This document shows, in pieces, positions 29,381-39,149 of a stretch of DNA of 64,000 nt. Every line of letters begins with the position of its first letter. Positions within the stretch are counted from its first letter, which is position 1. This DNA is from a phage, in the sequence record NC_111505.1; one strand, written 5' to 3'. The notes under the pieces were generated by a model. It worked only from the letters and a program-made list of their open reading frames with translations, was not told the DNA's origin and did no database searches. A program made the translations under genes and the position numbers.

Positions 29381-31720
29381 TTACCAAAGATCTGTTGACA
29401 TAAAGTTAATATCTTTGTTATTCTCCCACTCAAGTTTTGCATCAAGTATTTTGCTAAACTCACCCTCATCTATTGAAATCGTGATTTTCCCATCGCTGAT
29501 CTCTAAAGGTAGCATTTCCATAGTTCTTAATTGAGAAGCAAAACCAGGACCACCCGGCAACGGAAGAGTTCCTCCCGGCAAGGTGTCCAAAGGATCAACA
29601 AATCCGTTACCTCCCGATATGATATCTTTGCGAATCATATCACTGATAGTATCCAGTTGCTGATTTCTCTCACTTAGCGGGTTGAAACGGTCATTAAATA
29701 ACTCCCCGGCACTTAATATTGTACCGATAATACCAAGCTTCCCAAGCAGGCCAACTCTACCACCAGGTGTCTTGAGGCCACCTCCCCCTTTTCCTGCCGC
29801 ACCACCACCAGATCCTTCTGTGGTAGCTGCACCTGCACCTGCTGCTCCAGCTGCGCCTCTTATAGAACTAAGGAATTTGAAGGTTTTTACAAGCATAGAT
29901 GCCATGACAAAACCTTTTGTCAGGGCGTTCACTACCAGCATGATGGCAGCAGCAAACCCTGCCCATTTAGCATAGCTAAAGGTGTCATTAAGCTCTTCAG
30001 AATATTCCTTCGTCTTAGCTGTTATGAATCCCCATTTAATCCCCCATTCAAGGAAAAACATGCGGATCTTGACTATGGTATTGTTTAGTTCGCCAACTAC
30101 CCAGTTGAGACCTCTCACAAAACCGCTAACAAAATCACCAGAGGCATCCCACACAAATTGCAAAGTCTCACCTGTGCGAATCAGTGTATAATAGAACTCT
30201 GTTAATTCATCAGCCCAACGGGTGAACAGCTTCTGACGAGATAGTTCGATGAAGGTTTTCAGTCTGTTTTCTGCCAGTACGTTAGACTTCTGCATTCTTT
30301 CATAACCAGCTGCAGATGCCTCGTTCATGTACTTAGCTACATACTTCATGATCTTGGCTGTCTTAACCTCACCTTTCTTCATCATGTCCATGAACTGATC
30401 CATGGATAGTTCAGAAAGACCAAAAGCCTCTTTGGTGGCTTTGATAAAAGGTTCGTATGCACCGGGCAATGCTTCAGCAAGTTGTTGCTTCAGTTCTTCG
30501 GACATTACCTGTCCTTTACCAAGCATTTGCTGGATTGCCATAATACCGCGCTGGTATTTTACCTCATCCGCACCATAAGCAGCAGCATACTGTGAGTATG
30601 CAGAGAATAGCTCATGCACTTCCTGATTTGTCATCTGGTTTTTGGCGTTTACCGCCATCTGGGCGTAACCTTGAAGACCAGATTTGAGATCAAAACCAAG
30701 ACGCATAGCCTCTTGCTGGACAAACGCAACCTCACTGTTGGCTTTGTTTGGATCTCCAGTAACAGCAGTAAGAGCAGCACTTGCCCCCTCCATCATGTGA
30801 CCAGATCTGTTCACAGCAGTAAATCCAGAGAAAGCCGTATACGCAGCTGTTGCATTAATAACAGATCTACGTAAGTCTCTCATGGCATCGCCTAGTGTAA
30901 GCGTTTGGCTGGTGGCGCTTTTAAATCCAGACTGCAGAGCTGACAGGTGGGCGTTAAAGGTTGACTTTTTCATCTCTCCGCGAGCAAACCTGGACTCTAA
31001 CTCTGAGTATCCTGGCAAGCTTCCACGGAATCCGGCTCCATACTTGGCAGAAAGTCTTATCGCAGAGTTGTAGAGGTGGGTTCTCCTTGCCTCACGATCA
31101 GACATAAGCTTATTATCCATACCAGCTTTACTGTCTCTTCTTAGCTGTCTATGATAACGATTCATAGCGGCTGTCTGAGCTTTCACAAGGTTAGGGTCGG
31201 AAGCCACACCACCCATATTAGGGTTACCTGGGATATACTTGAAAGATTTGGCATTAGCCAAAACTCTTGCCTTTGGTGCCTTATAACCGCCGTAAGACAC
31301 TGGTGTAGATTTGGCAGCCTTTTTGGCCTCTTTAGCTTGCTGCTGGTAGAACTTACGCATCCTGGCCATTTCTGGATTTTTAGCGGTAAGATTACCTACA
31401 GCCTGTTTACGTCTTGCGTTTTCCCTACGTTCTATTGCAGCCCTTACTGCAGCCTCTTTCTTGGCTTGTGCTACGCTCTCCCTGTGAAGTTTAGCATTTG
31501 CCTGAGATTGCTGTCTGGCAACCCGCTGCATTGTTTGCTGGGTTTTAACAGCCACTGCCTGCCATCTACTCATTGGGTTGGCTGAGTTAAAATCCTCGCC
31601 CAGTTTCCTGAACTCCCTCCCAATACTGCGAATTTTCTCTACAGCTTTTTTGTAGGAGGAGTTCTCTATCTCAAAGCCAATCTTGTTGACTGTTGTGGCA
31701 ACTATTTTGTTTGTAGCCAT
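29381..31720 (-). CDS. tail tape measure protein (779 aa)
   Basis: Long, mostly alpha-helical, Ala/Gln/Lys-rich, with a Gly-rich segment (GAAGAAGAGAATTEGSGGGAAGKGGGG); directly follows the chaperone pair; terminator after stop. Confidence 0.75.
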   Translation of the reverse strand: MATNKIVATTVNKIGFEIENSSYKKAVEKIRSIGREFRKLGEDFNSANPMSRWQAVAVKTQQTMQRVARQQSQANAKLHRESVAQAKKEAAVRAAIERRENARRKQAVGNLTAKNPEMARMRKFYQQQAKEAKKAAKSTPVSYGGYKAPKARVLANAKSFKYIPGNPNMGGVASDPNLVKAQTAAMNRYHRQLRRDSKAGMDNKLMSDREARRTHLYNSAIRLSAKYGAGFRGSLPGYSELESRFARGEMKKSTFNAHLSALQSGFKSATSQTLTLGDAMRDLRRSVINATAAYTAFSGFTAVNRSGHMMEGASAALTAVTGDPNKANSEVAFVQQEAMRLGFDLKSGLQGYAQMAVNAKNQMTNQEVHELFSAYSQYAAAYGADEVKYQRGIMAIQQMLGKGQVMSEELKQQLAEALPGAYEPFIKATKEAFGLSELSMDQFMDMMKKGEVKTAKIMKYVAKYMNEASAAGYERMQKSNVLAENRLKTFIELSRQKLFTRWADELTEFYYTLIRTGETLQFVWDASGDFVSGFVRGLNWVVGELNNTIVKIRMFFLEWGIKWGFITAKTKEYSEELNDTFSYAKWAGFAAAIMLVVNALTKGFVMASMLVKTFKFLSSIRGAAGAAGAGAATTEGSGGGAAGKGGGGLKTPGGRVGLLGKLGIIGTILSAGELFNDRFNPLSERNQQLDTISDMIRKDIISGGNGFVDPLDTLPGGTLPLPGGPGFASQLRTMEMLPLEISDGKITISIDEGEFSKILDAKLEWENNKDINFMSTDLW

Positions 31721-31774
31721 GCTTTCCTCATAATAAAAAGGGCCAGATCCCAGAAAAGGAATCCGGCCCTTAGA

Positions 31775-32141
31775 TTATCCTCTCCTGCGTTTAGCTTTCG
31801 CAGCAGCTGCGGCAGCCTTCTGCTCCCGCTCCATTTCCCTGTTTTGGACGGTATCTAGGAATTCTTCGATATCAAGATACTCACAGAGCTTCAGGAAATA
31901 CGCCATATCTGCAAGATTTAGCGATTCAAAATTTTCCCCTTTGAAATTCTTGAGCACCCTGCACCAAAGAAAGTCGAACCAGTTGAGTGAACTGTTCTTG
32001 GCTGCCCACTCACTGGCCCTCACAACAACCTTGCTTATTCCTGCTCTTCCGGAGTCTGATCCAGATTGTTCACCTGCTGAATCATACCCATCTGCTGTAA
32101 CATCTCCAGAAGGCTTCCTAAACCGTCTTGTGTGAAAAAAC
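31775..32141 (-). CDS. tail assembly chaperone -1 frameshift extension (GT-like)
   Basis: The -1 frame is open from the slippery T TTT TTC site (plus 32134-32140) through ORF 31775-32023; extension ends in a Lys/Arg/Ala-rich tail (KAAAAAAKAKRRRG). Confidence 0.45.
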
Positions 32142-32508
32142 AGCCGTAGTTAACCTCCAGAACCTTACCTGCCAGCTTAATCATCTCCAGTAGATGCCCT
32201 GCAAACACAACATCAGGGTTAAGCTTATCCACACCATCCACGGTAATATCTTCGAACAAGATTTTAAATAACTCCTCAATAGAGTTATCATCAAGTTCTT
32301 GGAACAGGTAAGCCAGGGCTGTAGGAAGGACCTCTGCCATATTCTGACCGCCTGATAGAATAGATCCACCGATAGCACCTAGCGGGACAGCCACAATCTT
32401 ACCGATTTTAGGCATGTTTTTCATTGCTTTCATCGGCCCCCAGTGGGTGATCACAAAGTTGTGCCCTGCTAAATCAATCTCTGTTGTAGGTCTAAAGTTT
32501 ATAGCCAT
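32035..32508 (-). CDS. tail assembly chaperone (G-like), 157 aa
   Basis: Small acidic protein immediately upstream of the tape measure gene; contains slippery heptamer near its 3' end. Confidence 0.55.
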   Translation of the reverse strand: MAINFRPTTEIDLAGHNFVITHWGPMKAMKNMPKIGKIVAVPLGAIGGSILSGGQNMAEVLPTALAYLFQELDDNSIEELFKILFEDITVDGVDKLNPDVVFAGHLLEMIKLAGKVLEVNYGCFFTQDGLGSLLEMLQQMGMIQQVNNLDQTPEEQE

Positions 32509-32614
32509 TTTATAGCATCCTTATTAGTCATGTTGTGCACCATATTTGTGTATTTTACCATGATTATGGTGCATTGTCAATTTAACCTTTCAAGCAATTC
32601 AAGAACGTGTGTCA

Positions 32615-32652
32615 AAACCATAAAAGCAAAAAGCCCCACCCGAAGGTGAGGC
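32615..32652 (-). terminator. rho-independent terminator after tube gene
   Basis: Minus strand GCCTCACC-TTCG-GGTGGGGC followed by TTTTTGCTTTTAT. Confidence 0.6.
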
Positions 32653-32670
32653 CTATGCTAAAGTGTGCCC

Positions 32671-33144
32671 TTAGATAATACCTGCAAGACCTGCGAGGCC
32701 AGTGAGAGCACCAGTGATGTTGTCACGGTTGAGCCATGCATCCAGAATACCAATATCCCAGTCCAGCTGACCTACTTCGGTTCCGTAAGTCAGGTCAGGC
32801 TGTTTCTGGATCCAACCGATTGTAGAAATACCAGGGCCTTGGCTACCTTCCAGCAGAACCGGGAAGAATACCAGACCAGTAATCGATGCCTGTTTCTGCC
32901 AGTCAGAAAGGTAAGCGTTCCATACAGAAGTGTTCTGCAAGGATACAGTCATAACACCGGATTGGTTACGAGACAGTGCCGCAGACATTTCACCATCCAC
33001 ACCAACGTGAGGGTAGATGTTGTCTTCGTTTCTTGAAACAACGATCTTGGTGTCAGCAGCGAAGCCAGTGACACGCTGCTGCATCAGATACAGTTTGACC
33101 TTTTTAGGGTCATACGCATAAGGAGTTAAAATTTGAGTTTCCAT
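32671..33144 (-). CDS. putative tail tube protein (157 aa)
   Basis: Size and position between putative sheath and chaperones; terminator downstream. Confidence 0.45.
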   Translation of the reverse strand: METQILTPYAYDPKKVKLYLMQQRVTGFAADTKIVVSRNEDNIYPHVGVDGEMSAALSRNQSGVMTVSLQNTSVWNAYLSDWQKQASITGLVFFPVLLEGSQGPGISTIGWIQKQPDLTYGTEVGQLDWDIGILDAWLNRDNITGALTGLAGLAGII

Positions 33145-33154
33145 CTAGTCTTCC

Positions 33155-34531
33155 TTATTCAGTCATTGCAACAGCATTGGTGGATTTAGAACCAACTTTG
33201 TCCAGGAGGACGTTGATCCGGATACGAACGAAGTGCAGGGCGTTGTTATACACCAGTTCTACTTTCACACCTTCCAGAACACGAGCAGCCAGCTGATTGG
33301 TTGGGATCTCTGCACGTTTAGGAACTGTGATGATCGGGTCGTAGAACACATTGTTGTCTTCGTCAAAACCTGTCAGGATCGCGCCATTCTTAATGCCAGT
33401 GTTGATCGGGTTGTTCATCAGAACAGACTTGATAACCGGAAGATCATCATCAGACATCTTCATGCTTAAACCCATATTGGAGCGGCGATGCATGTACCCG
33501 AACATGGATTCTTCAGATCTGAACTTGATCCAGTGTGCAAAACGAATAGCGTCTGCATACTGACCTGAAGCACACTTACCTTCCCAGAAAGCGCCAACAC
33601 CGTTAATCATTCTGTAGAAGTTAACGTGGTTTTCCCAAATCGCCATACGCTGAGTTAAAGTCAAAGATGGTGCAATCACACCCGGCATCTGTTTTAAGTG
33701 CAAACTGTCACCATAGGACGGATCGTTGGATGCCATAGCACCTATGATACCACCCTCCGGGAAGTCCTTATCTGCACGAGGATCGTACATGCCAACACTG
33801 TCATATTGTGCAGCCATTAGTTTGGTGGCGATGTTATTATCTTTACCAGTCACATCTTCTGCAGTAGAGTAGACATGCAGCTTGTAGTTAGCCTGAGCCC
33901 ACTTAGCACATGCTTCAATGTCGGTGTGATCTTCATGGCACAGGAAGTACCAATTGTCACGCTCAGCATTGATCTTATCAACTACTGTAGAAGGTTTTTC
34001 AGCATTGGCGATATTTTTGATTGTATAGTTACCAGTATGATAACCAACAGTACAGTCACCCGTGATGGTGAGAACACCGTCTTCAGCCGCTACAGTGATA
34101 TCGTTCAAGCTATCATCTGCTTCAATTTTAGTCTTCATTGACTCTGCAATCTGAGTTGCACCTGTTCCACCAGAGATAGGCACTATCAGAGAAGTATTGT
34201 AGCTACCTTTTGCAATAGTCATTACGACATCAGTATCAGCTGCGGCAGCAATACCTTTAAAATCTACAGTGGTTTTTTCTTTTGCCTGTCTGCCGATCAT
34301 AACATACTGTGGAGGGAATACACCGCCGAAAGCTTTTGCTGCAAACTCATACGCTGCAGAGCCTTGTGCGAAACCGTCTTCCACCATCTGATCCAGCTCA
34401 GCATATACGCGAGCTCGCTCAGTAAAGTTGTTGTGGATAGCGATGAACAGCGGGGTTTCGAAACCTACAGTGTCAATAGGCTGGGTTCCGAGGTTAACTG
34501 TAACATCTACCACTTTATCTAAATATGGCAT
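33155..34531 (-). CDS. putative tail sheath protein (458 aa)
   Basis: Size, position upstream of tube-sized gene, and a C-terminal segment (GVGAFWEGK...IRFAHWIKFRSEE) reminiscent of sheath C-terminal domains; a siphovirus major tail protein is not excluded. Confidence 0.45.
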   Translation of the reverse strand: MPYLDKVVDVTVNLGTQPIDTVGFETPLFIAIHNNFTERARVYAELDQMVEDGFAQGSAAYEFAAKAFGGVFPPQYVMIGRQAKEKTTVDFKGIAAAADTDVVMTIAKGSYNTSLIVPISGGTGATQIAESMKTKIEADDSLNDITVAAEDGVLTITGDCTVGYHTGNYTIKNIANAEKPSTVVDKINAERDNWYFLCHEDHTDIEACAKWAQANYKLHVYSTAEDVTGKDNNIATKLMAAQYDSVGMYDPRADKDFPEGGIIGAMASNDPSYGDSLHLKQMPGVIAPSLTLTQRMAIWENHVNFYRMINGVGAFWEGKCASGQYADAIRFAHWIKFRSEESMFGYMHRRSNMGLSMKMSDDDLPVIKSVLMNNPINTGIKNGAILTGFDEDNNVFYDPIITVPKRAEIPTNQLAARVLEGVKVELVYNNALHFVRIRINVLLDKVGSKSTNAVAMTE

Positions 34532-34603
34532 TTGTTTCCTCTTAATATCTGTGCACGGATATCAAACACGCAGTGTAATCATTACACTACACAATTATAA
34601 CGA

Positions 34604-35155
34604 TTACTGACCACTGTCTGTAACCGATTTATCAGAATTGGGTGAAGGGAAGTGCGTGGTTATTTCAGCCTTAATTCCCTGAAGATCCTCAAAAGCCCCA
34701 ATGTCTGTCTCAACAAACCTTACGTTAAATGTCAGCATTACCGTGGCTCTATTTTCATACGTCTGCTTATTCAACGGCACCCTTTGAGGGGAGATTGTTG
34801 AATTGTTAGAGTAAGCAAAGCACGATCCCAGAGGGAAATACTTGTCATAAAACATTGGAAGATTTATTGCTTGCAATACTCTGCTAAGTGCAGCATGTGC
34901 CCTGCCACGATAAGCTGTTAACAGATAGGTAACAGTGTAACTGTGTGTTACGTAAGCATTACCCTCCGCATCTTGAAACTCATTATCTTCCCAAGTGGTG
35001 GGATTGATCGCCAAGGTTTGTAAAAGTACAAACTCACCTTCCGGCTTCGGTATGGTAGAGCTTTCTGCCAGAACTACAGTTCTTCCTGTGGCAACCTTGA
35101 CAAGCTTAGCAATGGTTGTTTCAAGATCAGAAAAAACTTTTTCGAAAGCTTCCAT
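34604..35155 (-). CDS. putative neck/tail terminator protein (183 aa)
   Basis: ORF track; synteny between head and tail genes. Confidence 0.3.
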   Translation of the reverse strand: MEAFEKVFSDLETTIAKLVKVATGRTVVLAESSTIPKPEGEFVLLQTLAINPTTWEDNEFQDAEGNAYVTHSYTVTYLLTAYRGRAHAALSRVLQAINLPMFYDKYFPLGSCFAYSNNSTISPQRVPLNKQTYENRATVMLTFNVRFVETDIGAFEDLQGIKAEITTHFPSPNSDKSVTDSGQ

Positions 35156-35580
35156 CAGTCTTCTCCTTCAGGCTCTTCTACCACAAAAAATCTATATCTT
35201 CCACCACCAGACGTTACATATGCATCACATTTTAAAACGGTAAACCATTTCAAGTCACCCCGGATGCCAGGCAGTTGAATTTGATCAGCCATTGCATATG
35301 TTCCTTCATCTGGACTATACAACTTGGTTGAGGAGTAAACTGTAAAAGCCTCGTACTGTCTGTCACCTTCAGGATTTATTTGAGAGGAGTAATCTTTAGC
35401 TGCCCTTCCCGTCAACGGCTGCACAACACACTCTAAGACATCAAACTCTTCATACTCAAGTTCTAACCCCTCGTTAGCAAAAGGACCACCAACTGTTTTG
35501 TTATACACTCTGTGGCGACCTTTGAATGTTTTACGAGGTATTAGCCTGTTCTTTCCTATCAGCTTATAACCTGCTGCCAC
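35155..35580 (-). CDS. putative neck/tail completion protein (141 aa)
   Basis: ORF track; start overlaps upstream stop. Confidence 0.3.
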   Translation of the reverse strand: MAAGYKLIGKNRLIPRKTFKGRHRVYNKTVGGPFANEGLELEYEEFDVLECVVQPLTGRAAKDYSSQINPEGDRQYEAFTVYSSTKLYSPDEGTYAMADQIQLPGIRGDLKWFTVLKCDAYVTSGGGRYRFFVVEEPEGED

Positions 35581-35589
35581 TCAACCCCC

Positions 35590-36066
35590 TTATTTTTGCT
35601 GTCCAATTTTAAAGGTTGCAGATTCCAGCAGCACATCGTAATGCCGCATAGCCTCGTTGAAGCCCTTCTCTTGTGCCCACTGCTCACTAACAGTAGGGTT
35701 ACTAAACTGACCAGCCTCAATAACAAACTGGATAGCTTTGGCCCCTGTGTCCCCCATCTGCTTAAGAACAGCCTCTGCACTTGATCCTCTAGCCATAGCT
35801 CTCAACAATTTTTCTGTCAAGGTCTGCAGTTGCGTGCTGTGAAATGCAAAGGCCGTCTCCATGAAATTGCGAACAGGCAGCCCGTTCCAACCGAAGTTGT
35901 GAATAGCTGCCAATGTTGCCATATTTAAGCCTGACGGGTGAGGTTCATCATAAAAGCCGTAGGTTATTGTTTTGCTTTCGAGTTTCACAAGGTCTTTGTA
36001 AAAGCGATCTAAACGCTTTAGGTTGAACCTGGTTTGACATTTAACCTTTAGCATTATATTCCTCAC
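35590..36066 (-). CDS. putative head-tail connector protein (158 aa)
   Basis: ORF track; synteny. Confidence 0.3.
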   Translation of the reverse strand: MRNIMLKVKCQTRFNLKRLDRFYKDLVKLESKTITYGFYDEPHPSGLNMATLAAIHNFGWNGLPVRNFMETAFAFHSTQLQTLTEKLLRAMARGSSAEAVLKQMGDTGAKAIQFVIEAGQFSNPTVSEQWAQEKGFNEAMRHYDVLLESATFKIGQQK

Positions 36067-36107
36067 TAATGTATTTTACCACAAAGATACATCAAAAGCA
36101 ACAATTT

Positions 36108-36785
36108 TTAAAAACTGCGTTTGCGTCTTGGGTGACGAGGAGGTTGATTATTTAGACCACTGATAGGTGTAATTCCCTGAACATCGAACGGGCCGTTACT
36201 GTTTTCATTAAATTTAACCCGAATACCTTCGTCTACACGAACACCACCGATGATAATCATTCTGCTGTAAGCGTCTAGCTCAGAGTCTACATAATCCGGA
36301 TGTGCCAGCAGCCAATCAAGGAAATCTTTCCACTGGGCGTAAGAAGACCCGCCACGAATCTCTATGGTCTCATCACCTATTTTTTCCAGACGAGAAGTTA
36401 TACTTGCATTACCGCTGGACACTTCCTGCATCATCAGCCACCGCACAAGCTGCACAAGCACATTGTATTTAAGCAGAGGTAGCTTATCAGGATCTGCCGG
36501 ATAATTTAGTTTCAGCTTCTCCATGTCAAGGAATGTTTTAATTACCTCATCAGGAAGTGTTTCCTCATCAACATTGCCAAGCAATAACCTCATAATATCA
36601 ATAAGAGGTTGGTCTGGATCAGGTTCCGGAGGTACAGGATCTTCTTTTGGTGGTTCTTCTGGGGTATCGACTACACCATCCTGGTTAGGCGGGGACGGGA
36701 TAATCTCTTCATCTTCATACCATGCCATTTGAAAATACCTCGTAAAAATAAAGCCCCATTCCTGATTTGGAAGGGGCCTTAACAA
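36108..36785 (-). CDS. hypothetical head-associated protein (225 aa)
   Basis: ORF track; Pro/Glu-rich N-terminus. Confidence 0.3.
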   Translation of the reverse strand: MLRPLPNQEWGFIFTRYFQMAWYEDEEIIPSPPNQDGVVDTPEEPPKEDPVPPEPDPDQPLIDIMRLLLGNVDEETLPDEVIKTFLDMEKLKLNYPADPDKLPLLKYNVLVQLVRWLMMQEVSSGNASITSRLEKIGDETIEIRGGSSYAQWKDFLDWLLAHPDYVDSELDAYSRMIIIGGVRVDEGIRVKFNENSNGPFDVQGITPISGLNNQPPRHPRRKRSF

Positions 36786-36787
36786 AA

Positions 36788-37603
36788 TTATGCCAGTGCA
36801 GCCTCAAAATCTTTCATCATATTTTGGAAAGTTTTTGCCTTACTTAAGGTAACACCGTACTCTTTAGCAAAGGTTTGGAGTGCATCTTTTGAACCACTTT
36901 TGTCATCTTCGTTGTTAAGAGCTGCGGCCTGTTTAAGGATTTCATCCTTATTCTCAACAGCTGCAGATGCGAAAGAGGCTACAGCCACATCTTGTGGATC
37001 TGCTACAGGACCTTCACTGTCACCCTCAAGAGGTGGTTCCGGCACTTCAGGTTCAGGCTCTGGAGCCACTGTAGAGGTCAGTCCAAGATTTACAACCTGA
37101 GAGCGTTTCTTAGGCCATTCGATGGTGAAAGTTTGGGTATCTTCCTCATAAACAATGCTGCATTGCTCATCGTTTATGGTAACTTTTTTAGGCATCCCTG
37201 CAAGGTCCCACAGATGTCCTTCTGCCACGGAAACTTTGAAAGCAGCATCTACCTCTTTAAACACTGACGGAGTGAGTGTAATATTGACATCCCCGCTTTG
37301 CAGTGTTAAAGTGCTTTCATCAAGGTTCTCTGTGAAGAACAGAAGAATAACACCCATACGGATAGTTGAAATACCAGTATCAATTGGCAGGCCTGTATGT
37401 TTTGCAATCTTCTCGAAGAAGTCTACAATAGTTCTGCATGGATAGTGAACACTGCCAATAACAAATTCTGTTGGTGGCAGCAGGGCTGATAAACCAACAT
37501 TGATTTCTGGGTTATATTGTGCTAAAAATTGATAGAAACTTAACTGATTGTTGAAAACTCTTAATAGAGGATCATACTCAACTGGATATACGGCTCTCTT
37601 CAC
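36788..37603 (-). CDS. hypothetical structural protein (271 aa)
   Basis: ORF track; Pro/Glu-rich linker (PEPEPEVPEPP). Confidence 0.3.
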   Translation of the reverse strand: MKRAVYPVEYDPLLRVFNNQLSFYQFLAQYNPEINVGLSALLPPTEFVIGSVHYPCRTIVDFFEKIAKHTGLPIDTGISTIRMGVILLFFTENLDESTLTLQSGDVNITLTPSVFKEVDAAFKVSVAEGHLWDLAGMPKKVTINDEQCSIVYEEDTQTFTIEWPKKRSQVVNLGLTSTVAPEPEPEVPEPPLEGDSEGPVADPQDVAVASFASAAVENKDEILKQAAALNNEDDKSGSKDALQTFAKEYGVTLSKAKTFQNMMKDFEAALA

Positions 37604-37624
37604 GGGACACTCCTGTTAAACCCT

Positions 37625-37659
37625 AATAAATAAAAAGGGGAGGGGAGAACCCCCTCCCC
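37625..37659 (-). terminator. rho-independent terminator after major capsid gene
   Basis: Minus strand GGGGAGGGGG-TTCT-CCCCTCCCC followed by TTTTTATTTATT. Confidence 0.7.
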
Positions 37660-37683
37660 ATATGGGATGAATCACCTTAGTGA

Positions 37684-38691
37684 TTATTCACTTTTCAGAG
37701 TTGCTTTAACAACCAGCTCTGGACGGGTGTTAACTGCCAGCATGGAAGTTTCAGATTCAATCTTCTCTTCACGCAGGTATGCAGAGTGTTTGTACCACAT
37801 GTACAGTTCCTGTGCTGGAGTGTTTGCTTCGTTAACATCGTCTGCTGGAGCAAAGTGCAGCTGGAACATCTGATCGATACCCATCGGCAGAATGCGAGCT
37901 TCTTTCTTAGGAATATTGCCAGAGATATCTTCGATAAAGGTGATACCTTTATGTTCAAACACACGGTATACGCTGTCCTGACCGCCAGCACCCAGACGGC
38001 GACGCAGAGGTTCCTGAGCAGAGCCGTAATAGGTATATGCCAGTTCTACCAGCGGGTGATGAGTAACAGCACTGAAGAACTCCGGTGAGCACAGTGCTAC
38101 GATGCGATAGCCAGCTGCGTTATCACCAGCTTGCAGTGCGATGTGCAGACGAGCTTCTTCCAGAACCTCCATAGGATCCTGATCTGCTTTTGCAGGGTCA
38201 ATCTCAACAGACTTCTGAGACACACCCCACAGAGTGTAGTAGTCATACTGACAGGTGGTGTCACCAGGTGCATAGGATTTACCCAGGATAGCCTGGAACA
38301 GCGCTTTCTCACGCAGTGCTTCATGAGAAACACGGATACGGCGAACAACGCGGGTTACTACATCCTGAACAGTTTTCGGAGCATCAGGAGTGAAGTAACG
38401 ACGGAAGTTCTGAACATCTGCGGCGGTGATGCCTTTGTCCAGAGGGAAGAACGGGATGTTCAGGTTTTTAACCTGAGCGCGTTCATTACCAACGTAGTTA
38501 CGCTCACCACCACGACGGCGTGCCGGAATGTCGGTTACAACTTCATCAACACGCTCAATCTGAGCAATTGTTGAGGTGCCGAGACGAGTTTCGAACAGAT
38601 CCATACCGGTGATCAGGCGAAATTGACGCGGAACAAGGTCCAGAGTAGCACCTAAATCAACAATGCCAAATTCATCTTTACGAGTAATCAT
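37684..38691 (-). CDS. major capsid protein (335 aa)
   Basis: Size, position after scaffold/accessory genes, strong terminator after stop; loose resemblance to lambda E-type capsid proteins. Confidence 0.65.
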   Translation of the reverse strand: MITRKDEFGIVDLGATLDLVPRQFRLITGMDLFETRLGTSTIAQIERVDEVVTDIPARRRGGERNYVGNERAQVKNLNIPFFPLDKGITAADVQNFRRYFTPDAPKTVQDVVTRVVRRIRVSHEALREKALFQAILGKSYAPGDTTCQYDYYTLWGVSQKSVEIDPAKADQDPMEVLEEARLHIALQAGDNAAGYRIVALCSPEFFSAVTHHPLVELAYTYYGSAQEPLRRRLGAGGQDSVYRVFEHKGITFIEDISGNIPKKEARILPMGIDQMFQLHFAPADDVNEANTPAQELYMWYKHSAYLREEKIESETSMLAVNTRPELVVKATLKSE

Positions 38692-38739
38692 TTATTTCTC
38701 CAAAGTAAAACTTAAATATTTTCCCGAACAATTTAGGGC

Positions 38740-39129
38740 TTACTCTTCACCAAGAGTCTGGACGTGAACTTTGTTACCCAGAGCTTCCAGCTTTTCAAGA
38801 ACAGCCTGCTTAGCTGCTTCACCGTTAGACCCCAGCAGCTTATCTTTTGCAAAGGTAACACCGTGAACTGCAACAACCAGTTTATATTTCTGACCTGTTT
38901 GCAGAGGCTCAGCGAGATGAACTTTTCCTGCATCTTTTACCAGAGCTCGGTCTACAAGAACACCATAAACATCTGAGCCATCATCGTTAGCGATAGTGCC
39001 AGTTTTTGTTACAACAGTACCAGCATGATGGTGCTCTGTCAGTGTAATTTCCATCTCTTTAAAATTGTAGCCAGCATCGCTAGAATCAACTTTGCCGAGC
39101 ACGATATCAGAATATTGAGCGGTAATCAT
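38740..39129 (-). CDS. putative capsid decoration/accessory protein (129 aa)
   Basis: Small gene between scaffold and capsid genes; synteny only. Confidence 0.35.
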   Translation of the reverse strand: MITAQYSDIVLGKVDSSDAGYNFKEMEITLTEHHHAGTVVTKTGTIANDDGSDVYGVLVDRALVKDAGKVHLAEPLQTGQKYKLVVAVHGVTFAKDKLLGSNGEAAKQAVLEKLEALGNKVHVQTLGEE

Positions 39130-39149
39130 TTATTTCCCCCGTTAATGTC

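Noticed and set aside
35559-35780. Minus-strand 73-aa ORF overlapping ORF 35590-36066
   Set aside because: Entirely nested in an alternative frame of a longer, better-supported gene; the same reasoning was applied to other nested ORFs such as 4852-5091, 7194-7442, 19169-19393, 22543-22740, 32181-32378 and 37695-37991.
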